DNA of 64,000 bases from Octopus vulgaris (lineage: Eukaryota): NCBI GenBank assembly GCA_951406725.2, contig OX597815.1, positions 9,548,001 through 9,612,000 of the forward strand, given 5' to 3'. The translations under genes and the position numbers were made by a program. How positions within the stretch are numbered: position 1 is the first letter of the stretch; each line of letters starts with the position of its first letter. The notes below the pieces were generated by a model. That model did not search any database. It was not told the DNA's origin and saw nothing but the letters and a program-made list of their open reading frames with translations. Of this stretch, positions 12,555 through 25,870 are shown piece after piece.

Positions 12555-12910
12555 AAAAGCACCATTTGAGCATGATCATTACCAGCGTCACCTTACTGGT
12601 ACGTGAACAAAACATATGAGTGAGTTCATTGCCAGTGCCGCTGGACTGGCTCCTGTGCAGGTGGCACGTAAAAAACACCATTTCAAGCGTGGCCATTGCC
12701 AGAACCGCAAGACTGGCCCTCGTGCCAGTGGCACGTAAAAGCACCCACTACACTCTCTGAGTGGTTGGAATTAGGAAGGGCATCCAGCTGTAGAAACTCT
12801 GCCAGATCAAAATTGGACCATGGTGCAGCCATCTGGTTTGTCAGTCCTCAGTCAAATCGTCCAACCCATGTTAGCATGGAAAGCAGACGTTAAATAATGA
12901 GGATGATGAT
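12550..12910 (+). mobile_element. family B element
   Basis: Core plus tail. Confidence 0.78.
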
Positions 12911-12960
12911 GAGATATATATTTAGATTCAGATGAATATCCTTGCTTCTTATTCTGATAA

Positions 12961-13051
<91 letters not shown>

Positions 13052-13135
13052 TGGTGCCAAGGTTTATGACTTTGGCTGAACAAGAATTCAAATATATACA
13101 TATGTATGTATGTATGTATGTATTTATACATATAC

Positions 13136-13167
<32 letters not shown>

Positions 13168-13332
13168 GGCGCAGGAGTGGCTGTGTGGTAAGTAGCTTGC
13201 TAACCAGCCACATGATTCCAGGTTCAGTCCCACTGCAAGGCATCTTGGGCAAGTGTCTTCTGCTATAGCCCGGGGCCGACCGATGCTTTGTGAGTGGATT
13301 TGGTAGACGGAAACTGAAAGAAGCCTGTCGTT

Positions 13333-13365
<33 letters not shown>

Positions 13366-13575
13366 TTGTGTGTTTGTGTTTGTCTCCCTAGCATCGTTTG
13401 ACAACCGATGCTGGTGTGTTTACATCCCCGTCACTTAGTGGTTCGGCCAAAGAGACCGATAGAATAAGTACTGGACTTACAAAAGAATAAGTCCCGGGTT
13501 CGATTTGCTTGACTAAAGGCGGTGCCCCAGCATGGCCGCAGTCAAATGACTGAAACAAGTAAAAGAATAAAAGAA
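13168..13575 (+). mobile_element. SINE family A ending ~60 nt upstream of exon B
   Basis: Full-length copy, inverted relative to 11583-11978. Confidence 0.85.
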
Positions 13576-13633
13576 TATATATATATATATAATATATACA
13601 CACACATGCACACATGTGTTTCTCTGTTGACAG

Positions 13634-13791
13634 AAGTATTATCAGTTCAGCATCGCCATCCATCATACTAACGCTGCTGCTTCAGATAAAGAACCTGCCA
13701 CATACCAACAGCTTTCAGTCGCAAATTGCTGCTGCACTCATTGTCAACAATATCTTTGCTGCAGTAATTGTTGCAATCACGTGGTCCACAG
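13634..13791 (+). CDS. SLC9B2: NHA/SLC9B-like antiporter, exon B (ion-binding helices; DD encoded as NN)
   Basis: tctgttgacag acceptor, gtatga donor. SIISSASPSIILTLLLQIKNLPHTNSFQSQIAAALIVNNIFAAVIVAITWST aligns to FVLGAVSPAVVVPSMLLLQ...LLMAAGSFDDILAI...FST. Phases fit both neighbours (GG+A=Gly; G+AA=Glu). Confidence 0.82.
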
Positions 13792-13834
13792 GTATGACAT
13801 TACTTCTCTACATTCCTCATTCTCTTTCTATGCT

Positions 13835-14168
<334 letters not shown>

Positions 14169-14354
14169 CACACATGCACACGATCATAAATATACTTGCA
14201 CACCTTTCTGTTTCTCTCTCTTTCTTTCTCCTTCTTTTCTCTCTTTATCTCTATCTCTTTTTGTTACTATATAAACATCTCTCTATCACTCCCTATCTTT
14301 TTAAGTCTCTCTGTTACTCATAATGGCAACACACACACACACACACACACATAG

Positions 14355-14645
14355 AGGCACATGGCCTTGTGATTAGAGCAGCGGACTCACGGTCGAGGGA
14401 TTGCAGGTTCGTGTGTGTTTACATCGCGATGTGTGTGATTATGAGCGAAACACCTAAGCTCCACGCGGCTCCGGCAGAAGGTAATAGCGAACTTCTGCTG
14501 ACTCTTTCACCACAACTTTCTCCTCCTGCATCTTGCAGCTCACCTGCGACAGACCGGCTTCCCATCCAGGTGGGGAACCTATGCGCCAATGAAACCGGGA
14601 AACCAGCCTTTATGAGCCAGGCGTGGCTTGAGAAGGAACAAACAA
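14355..14645 (+). mobile_element. tRNA-derived SINE (head related to 42580-42945)
   Basis: tggccttgtgattagagcagcggactcac...gcaggttcg...aaacacctaagctccacg. Confidence 0.55.
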
Positions 14646-14679
14646 AAACACACGCACACACACAATGCATATATATATC

Positions 14680-15325
14680 ATCACCATCATCATCATCACC
14701 ATCGTTTAACGTCCGTTCTCCATGCTAGCATGGATTGGACGGTTCGACCGGGGTTCTGGGAAGCCAGAAGGCTGCACCAGGCTCCAGTCTTATCTGGCAA
14801 TGTTTCTACAGCTGGATGCCCTTCCTAACGCCAACCACTCCGTGAGTGTAGTGGGTGCTTTTTACGTGCCACCTGCACAGGTGCCAGGCGAGGCTGGCAA
14901 CGGCCACGGTCGGATTGGTGTGTTTTATGTGCCACCGGCACGGAAGCCAGTCGAGGCGGTGCTGGCATCGGCCACGAGTCGGATAGTGCTTTTTACGTAC
15001 CACCAGACCAGGGATCCTGGCTGGTTCAATTCGATTTCGATTTCGCTTGCCCCAACATGTCTTCACAAGCAAAGGGGTTGGCATGGGTGCCTGTCGTATG
15101 GTCGGATTGGAGTATTTTACGTGCCACCGGCACAGAAGCCAGTCGAAGCGGCGCTGGCATCGGCCACGAGTCGGATAGTGCTTTTTACGTACCACCAGAC
15201 CAGGGATCCTGGCTGGTTCAATTCGATTTCGATTTCGCTTGCCCCAACATGTCTTCGCAAGCAGAGGGGGTTGGCATGGGTGTCTGTCGTCGGATGAGGT
15301 TCTATATCGACTTCGCTTGCCTCAT
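14680..15325 (-). mobile_element. family B element with ~195-bp internal duplication
   Basis: ~14907-15100 repeated at ~15100-15295. Confidence 0.8.
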
Positions 15326-15784
15326 AGCCAATGAGTAAGTCTCTTCATGATCAGTTAGCCAGCTAGAAATAAAAGCAAGAAGTCCCTCAAACCACATCAT
15401 GTTATCTCAGAGAAATGACATCACACTTTATAACTGTTTCTGAAGAAACGCATAAGTGGGCTGGTTACAGCCCTGGCATAGGCCACGTGATTATGGTCTC
15501 ACTTGGCTTGCTGGGTCTTCTCAAGCAATGTCCCACCCATGAAAGGTAAACATTAAATGCTGCTGCTGCTGATGATGTCATATATGGAGAAAGAGGTTTA
15601 TTCTCATGCAAGAAAGGATATAGGAGAAATAGTTTTGGGTACCCGAGTCTATAGCTTTGAATTTATTTAACAAATTTAATAAAATATGATACCAGTTTCA
15701 ACATTTTGGGGGTTTAGAAGGGATTAAAGGTACAAGAAAAATTTCAGAAAAACAAATGTTCATACAAATTCCAACATTCAATAA

Positions 15785-15940
<156 letters not shown>

Positions 15941-16312
15941 TGCATACACATAGATTCATGTATATATGTATATATGTATGTATGTATGTATAAACGCACA
16001 TACACATACACCCTGTATAGATGTTAACTGGATAATTACACAAAATGTGTAGTGGATAAACTCTGTGAATAAGGAGACTGAATTAGCAATATTTGTTAAT
16101 CAATTGTCCTGTCTATCGTGACAATTCCAGTAAATATACAGAAATAGATTCATAAAAGAACTTGCCAAGTGTGAACAAATTAATTTCTTAATAATATTTC
16201 AAAAGGCCAATATTGTTAATTGTTACTGTTGATGAAGTTATAGATATTTTAATTAAAGTTTTAATTATGTTTAACCAGTGAAAACTAATTTTCTTTTACT
16301 CTTCCTTCTAAG

Positions 16313-16419
16313 AAAACAATGCAGCAAACATCATTCTGAAACTATTGGAACCATTTGGAGAAATTCTTGTTGGAGTTATTGTAGGAATTCTTCTGTGCTA
16401 CATTCCACCTGAAGATTTT
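16313..16419 (+). CDS. SLC9B2: NHA/SLC9B-like antiporter, exon C
   Basis: Long pyrimidine tract plus taag acceptor, gtaagt donor. (E)NNAANIILKLLEPFGEILVGVIVGILLCYIPPEDF resembles STVFNVLRGVLEVVIG...LGFFIQYFPSRDQ. Confidence 0.85.
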
Positions 16420-16712
16420 GTAAGTTACCAATAATCAATGATTTGAAACAAAATTCCTTGCAACATGAAACCATTTTTAACTGCTTTCTTCATTTGTGGA
16501 ACTTACTTGATTAGGTTAAACTGAAGAAGCCGCTTTGTAGTTGATCCGTTAGAAACAGCAGTGGCATTGTGTAATATCATATATCTGTCTAGAAACCATG
16601 TCAAATCAGACTGGAGTCTGGTGCAGCCTCTCAGCTTACCAGCCTTGGTAAAACCTTCTAACCCATGCCAGCATGGACAACAGATGTTAAATGATGATGA
16701 TAATGACATAAC

Positions 16713-16743
<31 letters not shown>

Positions 16744-16851
16744 TGTATGCTTGTATGTATGTATGTATGTATGTATGTATGTATGTATGTATGTTTGTAT
16801 GTATGTATGTATGAATGTATCTTTGTACATATGTATGTATGTATGTATGTA

Positions 16852-16886
<35 letters not shown>

Positions 16887-16899
16887 ATGTATGTATGTA

Positions 16900-17720
16900 T
16901 AAGGGTCTTCCTATGATGCTGACATGCAGTGTCTGTGCAAGACCCTACCTCAGTAAAGCTGGACTCAAGAGTCATCTTCGTAGTCATAAAACGAGACAGA
17001 TGAGTGACAACCTGGCCATTGGTGGTGGTGTTAGACACCATACTGATCATATCTGCCGGGCATGTGGAAGAGGGTTTAATTCGGCAGGAGGACTTAAACA
17101 ACATGCAAAGGTACATGAAGCCCAGTTACAACTACAGCCGGCTTTTTACCAGTAAAGGTTTTAGCTGCCAATTCTGTACAAGACATTGTCGATCTTTAGC
17201 TGGGCTAAAAAGTTGCATTCGATCACAGCATCATCATCATCATTGTTCGACCGTGGTCGAGACAATGGAATTTACCATGCTACGCCAGACTTCATGGTCC
17301 ATCATATCATTACGGAGGTCCTGTTGCTTGATGCCTGTATCCCTGGAGATTACATCAGGGTAGGAGAGTGTGCGCCCTCTGGTATCGCGAGCAGATGGCT
17401 TCCAGAGGAGAAGAGTAGAAATTACCTCGTCTTAAGCTCTACAACAATGTCCAGCAAACTGGACTCTTCTACTTTCACAAGAGATGACACAGGTGGTAGT
17501 TTCCCATATATCTATATATTTGTACTTTGGTTGGATGACGCTTCCACGAGAGATTTTGAGCTCTCATAAGGAGGCGAGTGTAAGTTCCATCCAACTGCCT
17601 GTCAAGCTTCTTTGATAACGTCCAGATTTCTGAGCCATATAGTAGAATTGGATCACAGCACCAATAACAGTTAAGCTCCGTGCAATGGCCATATTCGATG
17701 ATGAAGCAGCCATCATGTAT
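16900..17720 (+). mobile_element. second copy of the zinc-finger RTE 3' end, interrupted by another LINE
   Basis: KGLPMMLTCSVCARPYLSKAGLKSHLRSH...CRACGRGFNSAGGLKQHAKVH...; resumes at 17651 and ends gcagccatcatgtat. Confidence 0.82.
17231..17650 (-). mobile_element. RTE/RTE-X-like LINE 3' fragment with (TGA)n tail and 10-bp TSD
   Basis: Homologous to 48745-49127; GATCACAGCA duplicated at 17221-17230 and 17651-17660. Confidence 0.8.
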
Positions 17721-18379
17721 ACAAATAGATAGATTGATAGATACATTGACAGAATGGCAAACAGACAGACGGACATCTAGACAGACAGATAGATAGATAG
17801 ATAGTCAGACAAACAGACAGACAGACAGGCAGACAGATAGATAGATAGATAGATAGATATGTAGATATATAATTTATCCTACATCATCACACTGTCTTGC
17901 TATTAAAATCAAGCCATCCATTTTAACCATGAGCTTCTATTATTATGCAAATGAAGAGTCTCTAGACATTCCCATCTACATTTTTAATAAGTACAATAGC
18001 CCAATGTTACAAATATGTGACATTTTGGGAGAGGATGGTAAGCACATTCGGTATATTGTTGAACAACAATGAGAGTAATTGATCCAGTACTCATTCCAAA
18101 CTGTTCACAAGTCTTCCATGGGGGTCCAATTTCACAATGAGACTACATGTTTATGGATATAACACAGTATATTTATTGTTGTTGTCGTTGTTGTTGTAGT
18201 TGCTTCAATAAAGTTCAATGTTGCAATTCCTGTTGAGGATATTTGCTTCTTTCCTGGGATTGTTTCACAATTCCAGTAAAATTTAGATAAGGAGGATTAG
18301 TTGTGCTGTAGAAGAGATGTGGGATAACAAGGAGAGCATCATTGTAATCTTGACATATGTTGGGGATTTCTGGATCTCT

Positions 18380-18930
18380 TCATCATCATCGTTTAACGTC
18401 CGCTTTCCATGCTAGCATGGGTTGGATGATTTTGACTGTGGGCTGGCGAACCAGATGGCAGCGCCAAGCTCCAATCTTGATCTGGCAGAGTTTCTACAGC
18501 TGGATGCCCTTCCTAATGCCAACCACTCCGAGAGTGTAGTGGGTGCTTTTTACATGCCACTGGCATGGGGGCCAGTCAGGCGGTACTGGCAACGACCTCG
18601 CTCTAATATTTTTGTACACATGCCAATGGCACAGGTGCCAGTAAGGCGACGCTGGTAACAATCACACTTGAATGGTGCCCTTTTACATGCCACCGGCCTG
18701 GAAGCCAGTTAGCTGCTCTGGCAACGATCATGCTCGGATAGTGCTCTGGGTACCCTACTAGTATGGGGCACAAGTGCCAGTAAGGCGAAGCTGGCAACGA
18801 TCACACTCGAATGGTGCTTTTTATGTGCCACTGGCACGGAAGCTGGTTAGCCACTCTGTCAACAACCACGCACATATGGTGCTCGTGCCCGTCATCGAAT
18901 TTCACTTTGATTTTGATGTTGATTTCGATT
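18380..18930 (-). mobile_element. family B element
   Basis: Multiple internal repeat units. Confidence 0.8.
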
Positions 18931-19714
18931 TAACTTTGATTAATATTTAGCAGAGACCAGAAACTGGAGAGAAATTTTGCTAGTGTACACCTTGTTTTCT
19001 ATGGTTGGCATTCTTCATTTTTGTTTAAGAACTGTTCTGATGATGGTTAGCTATCATGTAGTGTTGTACTATTCTAGGCTGGTAACCTAAATCACATTTT
19101 GCAACATCTAACAGTGAAGTTTTTTTTTTTTTTGTCATCTCTTGGCTTTAGAATATTGATAAATTCTTAAATTACATGAGCTTTTCATTGAATTTAATGA
19201 ATAGAGTTGACAACTTTTTTTAAAATTTGAAATTAAAGATGATAGATGATATGAATGACTTCTGCTGTGATATTGAACTAGATATTATGGAGAGCAGCAA
19301 ATATGAGTATTACTGCACTTTCAGCATTTTTGGTTTTCAAATTTTGGCACAAGGTCATTAATTTCGGAGAAGGTTTCAGTAGATTATATTGACTCCAGAG
19401 CTGAAACAGTACTTATTTTATCGACCCCAAAACGATGAAAGGCAAAGTTGACCTCAGCAGAATTTGAACTCAGAACATAAAGACATGAAATGCCACAAAG
19501 CATTTTGCCCAGCTCGCCAATATAAAATTCAAGCTCAGCAGGTGTTGAACCTGGAGTCTGCTGATCTGCTATCAGGCATGTTAACCTTCTCACTAACAGC
19601 TTTTTTTTTTCTTTTTTTTTGTTCATATTAGAGATGGTCTCCAGCTACTATTTTCCTGGGGTTACAAAAATGAACTGCATTTTGTAAGTCATGCATTTGC
19701 TTTTATTATGTATT

Positions 19715-20620
19715 GTGGCCGATGCCAGTGCCGCCTTGTGGCCGATGCCAGTGCCACCTTGACTGGCTTCCGTGCCGGTGGCATGTAAAAAGCACCAACC
19801 GATCGTGGCCATTGCCAGCCTCCCCTGACACCTGTGCCGGTGGTATGTAAAAAGCACCCACTACACACTCGGAGTGGTTGGCATTAGGAAGGGCATTCAG
19901 CTGTAGAAACACTGCCAGATCAGACTGGAGCCTGGTGCAGCCTCCTGACTTCCCAGACCCCGGTCGCACTGTCCAACCCATGCTAGCATGGAAAACGGAC
20001 GTTAAACGACGATGATGATGTATCCTTCCTGGGCATGCATAATTGAGAATTGGCTAATAGATTAGTTGCAGATTGTAAATTCATTCTGTCCACCAATGCT
20101 GTCAATCAGTGATTTTAAAAATTTGGATTAATCTAGTGAAGTGAAAATTAGGTTGAATATGATTCCCTCTCTTGGGATATTACTCCAGGAACATGGGGCT
20201 TGGATAGCTTTAGGCCTGAACAAAGCCACTGTCTATTTAGGTGCTGTGAGTTGCAATCCTTTCCTTGCAAGAAATGCCAGTCAGGTTGGTAGATAGGTAT
20301 TTATTTAATTTATTGGTGACCAAATTTGATTTAAACCCAAAACTACAGATTCATCATCATGATCATCGTTTAACGTCCACTTTCCATGCTAGCATGGGTT
20401 GGACGATTTTGACTGAGGGCTGGCGAACCAGATGGCTGCACCAGGCTTCAATCTTGATCTGGCAGAGTTTCTACAGCTGGATGCCCTTCCTAATGCCAAC
20501 CATTTCGAGAGTGTAGTGGGTACTTTTTATGTGCCACCGGCAAAAGGCCAGTCAGGCGGTACTGGCAATGACCTCGCTTGAATCTTTTTACACATGCCAC
20601 CGGCACAGGTGCCAGTAAGG
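19715..20620. mobile_element. two inverted family B copies (19715-20020 +, 20352-20620 -)
   Basis: Shared core in opposite orientations. Confidence 0.75.
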
Positions 20621-21783
20621 TACCTTGAATTTGTCCACCAACTTTTGTGGATTAGAAATGGATTTTTTGCTGAATTTAATGATAATATTCAGAAAGTAAT
20701 TGCTTGATTTATTCAATGGTTTTCATTGTTTTTTCCAGTTTCTCAGTTTTGTGCAAAAATTGAAATATTGGATACATTCTAGCAATTACATGGATTTTAT
20801 TGTTTTATAATTTGGAAGATTTTCATGGTTGTGCGGCAAGAAGTTTACTTTTCAATCATATAATACCAGGTTCAATCCCACTGTGTGACACCTTGGGGTC
20901 TCTTCTACACCAGCCCTGGTTCAACCAAACCTAGTGAAAACTTTTGTGTGTGTGTAAGTGTGTGTGCATGCATTTGTGTGTGTATGTATGTGTGTTGTTG
21001 TCCCCTTCTCTTGACATTATGTGACAGTTGTAAATGAATGTCTCTGTCATGTCAGCGGGGTCCTTCATTTCCAATCTGCTGTGAAAACATGTCAGGTCAT
21101 GGGGACAAGAAACAAGTGAGGGTTAGCAACAGGAAGGGCATCTGGCTCTAAAAAATCTGGCTCTAAAAAATCTGCTTCAAAGAAATCCCATCCAACCCAT
21201 GGTGAGTATTGGAAAAGTGGACATTAAAACAATTATGATTCTTCTAATTTTTGGAGATTTAGAATACATACGTCTCAACTGACCATCTTCTTTAAGAAAT
21301 ATTTCAGCCTCCTTTATTATGTAAAGTCTGCTTTTGGGCTTGCATCATGCTGGAATATTCTTCATTGCTTTAAAGACAATTTTTGCATAATTTATTCAGA
21401 ACCCATGTTGTATCGACACTGTATTAGTAATTATAGTTCATTAGGAAACTAAGCAGATTCTTTGAAAAGCTAATCAATCTGAAAATACAGCACTTAATTT
21501 GTTGTTGTTGTTGTTGTTGATGTTGTTGATGTTATTATTGCTGTTGCTAATGTTACCACCGTAGTTGTTGCTGGTGTTGTTGTGACTATTGTTACTTCCA
21601 TTACTTCATCTCTACATGTGGTTGCAGTAACCAACGTGTGTACAGTTGTTCACGCACATGTATGCAAGGAGACAGACGCGTGCATACGGACTTATGCTGA
21701 CAAACAGACTCGTCCAAGCAAACTCACACGTGCATAAGCACATGCATGCACACACCTTCATACGCACATACTCATGCACATGA

Positions 21784-21826
<43 letters not shown>

Positions 21827-21929
21827 TACACACATTCATGTACGAACACATACACACCTCTGCTCATATATAGAAGTACAAACATATACACACTTCCAAA
21901 CACACGTGTGCATACACACATACACATAT

Positions 21930-22430
21930 GCATAGAGACATACACACATACATACATACATACATACATACATACATACATACATACATACATACATGCA
22001 TGCATACATACACAAACGTGCATGCATACATACATACATGCATGCATACATACATACATACATGCATACATACATACATGCATGCATACATGCATACATA
22101 CATACATACATACATACATACATACATACATACATACATACATACATACATACATACATACATACATACATACATACATACATACATTCATACATACATA
22201 CATACATACATACATACACACACATACATACATACATACATACACACATACATACATACATACACACACATACATACATACATACACACATGCACATGCA
22301 TACATACATACATACATACATACACACACATATACATACATACATACATTCATACATACACACATACATACATACATACATACATATGCAGATAGATACA
22401 CGTGTACAGTCACACACACATACATACACA
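21930..22430. repeat. (CATA)n degenerate array
   Basis: Direct observation. Confidence 0.95.
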
Positions 22431-22680
22431 CATGCTGATGGTTGTCCCTCGAAATTGATGACGATCAGCTTCTCCAATTACGGATTGTTTGTTGATGGCT
22501 GTGGTGTTTAAAGATCACCAACAATGGAAGATAAAGCTCTATGCATAACTGGAGAATTACAACCATTGCCACCATCTCTGTTACACCTACTGTGTCTCTT
22601 CATAAATGATGTTGCAGTATTTCAGCATCGCATGCACATGTGATCCCTAATGCCGTGATCCACATTACAGAAGTTATTTA

Positions 22681-23170
22681 CATATTCTGAATGCCATACT
22701 TCCCTGGGCATGGATACATTGAAACTCCGACGTCTGGCAGCTGACTTGGCAGACACCCATAAAATCATTAACCATCTTACAAACAATAACTCTGAGCACC
22801 TTTTCAAACTCCACCTGTCCAACACCCCGTGGACATGTTTACAAAGTCAGAAAACAGCACAGCTCCTTCCATGACTTTCGGAAAAATTTTTTCATGCTGA
22901 GAGTTGCTGAAGCATGGAACAAACTGCCGGCATCAGTTGTTAGTTGTCGGAGCAATGCATCCTTCAAAACTTCCATGCTTCCTGAGATTCGCCAACACTA
23001 CACCTGATTTTCTCCCCTCCATACACACGCAAGCATGTATCTGACTCATACACTGTTCACTTCCCAGACATTTGTACATTACTGCATATGCTTTATACGC
23101 ACTTTTTGACAAGTTGTGGTGCACCTGAGCACTGTATACAATAATTTCATTATTATTATTATTATTATTT
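22681..23170 (+). mobile_element. CR1-type LINE 3' fragment with (TTA)n tail
   Basis: SLGMDTLKLRRLAADL..THKIINHL...RGHVYKV...FFMLRVAEAWNKLP, the CR1 ORF2 C-terminal signature. Confidence 0.85.
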
Positions 23171-23597
23171 TAACAATGAAGCAGGTTGTATTGGATTACA
23201 TTTTATCGCAGCATTCAATGTGACATTTATTTCATACATATAAATAGAAGCATCCATTGAAGACATTTAAACCAGCAGCTTCCTCTCTCCAACAAAGCTT
23301 CTCTTTTTACTTTCATCTTCATCATATCTTGATTAGAATATTTTTAGATGTCAAAGTAGATGTTAAATGTGGAGAGACTGCTAAGGTCATAGATGCTGAC
23401 CACCTCTTTCCATCCAAGGGAGCTTCTCTACATAGTTGCCGCATCTGACAGAAATAGAAGCTAAATCTCCCTCACATCACTTACTACTCTTTTAAAAATG
23501 ATGATTATCTGAGATTACTTTATATAAGGTTCTGTTAGATATGACGAAATCTGAAAAAAGAAAAATCAGGATTAATACTACTGGACATTTCTTCTTT

Positions 23598-23870
23598 ATC
23601 ATCATCATCATCATTTAACGTCCGCTTTCCATGCTAGCATGGGTTGGACGATTTTGACTAAGGGCTGGCAAACCATATGGCTGCACCAGGCTCCAATCTT
23701 GATCTGGCAGAATTTCTACAGTTGGATGCCCTTCCTAATGCCAACCACTCCGAGAGCGTAGTGGGTGCTTTTTACGTGCCACCGGCACGGGGGCCAGTCA
23801 GGCGGTACTGGCAACAACCCCACTAGAATCTTTTTACACATGCCACTGGCACAGGTGCCAGTAAGGCGAA
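23598..23870 (-). mobile_element. family B element
   Basis: Core plus (ATC)n. Confidence 0.8.
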
Positions 23871-24314
23871 GCCTGGCACTATACAACAACAACTACTACA
23901 TCTTATAATCATGTGCCAATGAAGACTAAATGGTCACTCGACCTGCTAGGCAAAGTAGCAGAATTACTCTTCAAATGCACTCTACAAACTTAAATAAGCA
24001 AAGAATACATTAGATAATGTAATCAATCCTACATATCCTTAAAACAAAGCAGAGTGGTCATGGCTGGAATGCCTTTGATAATAGGCTTGCAGAACCAGGG
24101 TGACCTGAGGCTAAACAACAACATCTTTCACAATAATTATTCTTAACGAGTATTATGTCCCCAAATTTTGGAACAAGGAATATTTGTATTGTTTTGGGCA
24201 TTTGACTGGGACTTATTTTAAAGGAGGACAAAAATCAAAGTGAGTCCCCAAATTTGATCTCAGAAAGTCAAAGAAAATATGACCATAATACCATAAGGTA
24301 GCCTTCTTCCTTCA

Positions 24315-24380
<66 letters not shown>

Positions 24381-24559
24381 CAGCAGCAGCACCAGCAGCA
24401 GGGGTGGTGGTGGCGGTGGCAACAGAGGCGGAAGTAGTAGTAGTAGTAGCAGCAGTAGTAGTGGCGGCAGCAGCAGCAGCAGCAGCGGCAGTGGTGGTAG
24501 TGGTGGTAGCGATGGTAGCAGATGCAGCGGCAGCAGAGACGGCGGCAGTAGTAGTAGTG

Positions 24560-24624
<65 letters not shown>

Positions 24625-24670
24625 GGTGGTGGTGGTGGTGGTGGTGGTGGTGGTAGTGGTAGTAGTAGTA

Positions 24671-24729
<59 letters not shown>

Positions 24730-24739
24730 GGTGGTGGTG

Positions 24740-24815
<76 letters not shown>
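24315..24815. repeat. compound (TAG/CAG/TGG)n trinucleotide tract
   Basis: Direct observation. Confidence 0.95.
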
Positions 24816-25433
24816 AGGAAAGAGGTGGAGAAAATATAAATCAATGATAGAAAATGTAGAAAGAATTCAGTGGTGTGTGTGTGTATGTGTGTGTGTGTGT
24901 GTGTGTATGCATATGTGAGTGTTCATAATGTGTGTGTGGGTGTTTATATGCGCTTTGGGAAAGACAGTGAAATAAAATGACACGAAAAGCGACTGGAATG
25001 GAATAAAACCAGGAAATTCATATTGTAGAATTTAGGTGAAATTATTTTGAGAGAGAGAGAAATTTTTTTTTTTTTTGTTCTTTTTCTTTTTTTCTTCTCC
25101 AAGATACTGCAACAGTGGAAAATAAATCAATAATCTTAGATGACAGTGAATGAGATTCAGGGATTTCTTCGTCAGATTATCACAAGATTCTTTTCTCTTA
25201 TTAAATCTGCCACAGGTTTTTTATTTCAATCTTACGAATATCTGATTGAGAAAAGTACCGACTGAGGTAAGGAAATTATTGAATTGCTGGAGCTACGGCT
25301 TCTAGAGTAGGTGTTTCTTATTGGTTATAGAAGAGATTAACTCGGGGGGGCACACTAAAATGCAACAGGGGTGTCGCTAAGGAAAGGCATTAGCTTCACA
25401 TGGAGAAACTTTACCGTACAAGTTATTACTTAA

Positions 25434-25870
25434 TCATCATCATCATCATCATCATCATTTAACGTCCGCTTTCCATGCTAGCATGGGTTGGACGGTTCAA
25501 CTGGGGTCTGGGGAGCCCGAAGGCTGCACCAGGCCCAGTCTGATCTGGCAGTGTTTCTACAGCTGGATGCCCTTCCTAACGCCAATCACTCCGAGAGTGT
25601 AGTGGGTGATTTTATGTGCCACCGACACAGGTGCCAGACGAGGCTGGCGAACGGCCACGCTCGGATGGTGTTTTTTATGTGCCACCGACACAAGTGCCAA
25701 TAAGAATTTACTTGATTTAGAGATTTTTTTTTTCTAAAGCTAGTAACACTGGATATAGATTATTAGTTTTATGTGCCACCGACACAAGTGCCAATAAGAA
25801 TTTACTTGATTTAGAGATTTTTTTTTCTGAAGCTAGTAACATTGGATATAGTTTTATTAGTTTTATTAAA
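25434..25870 (-). mobile_element. family B element followed by a ~95-bp tandem duplication of its junction
   Basis: ttttatgtgccaccgacacaagtgccaataagaatttacttg...ggatatag present twice. Confidence 0.75.

Noticed and set aside
14722-15297. Recurrent ORFs containing FLQLDALPNANHS or RRHLPKVPRSGTEPGTMWLV
   Set aside because: Translations of SINE families A and B, present in many copies on both strands.
24260-24847. poly-Tyr/His or poly-Val proteins (also poly-Met/Ser at 59889-60367)
   Set aside because: Trinucleotide microsatellite read-through.
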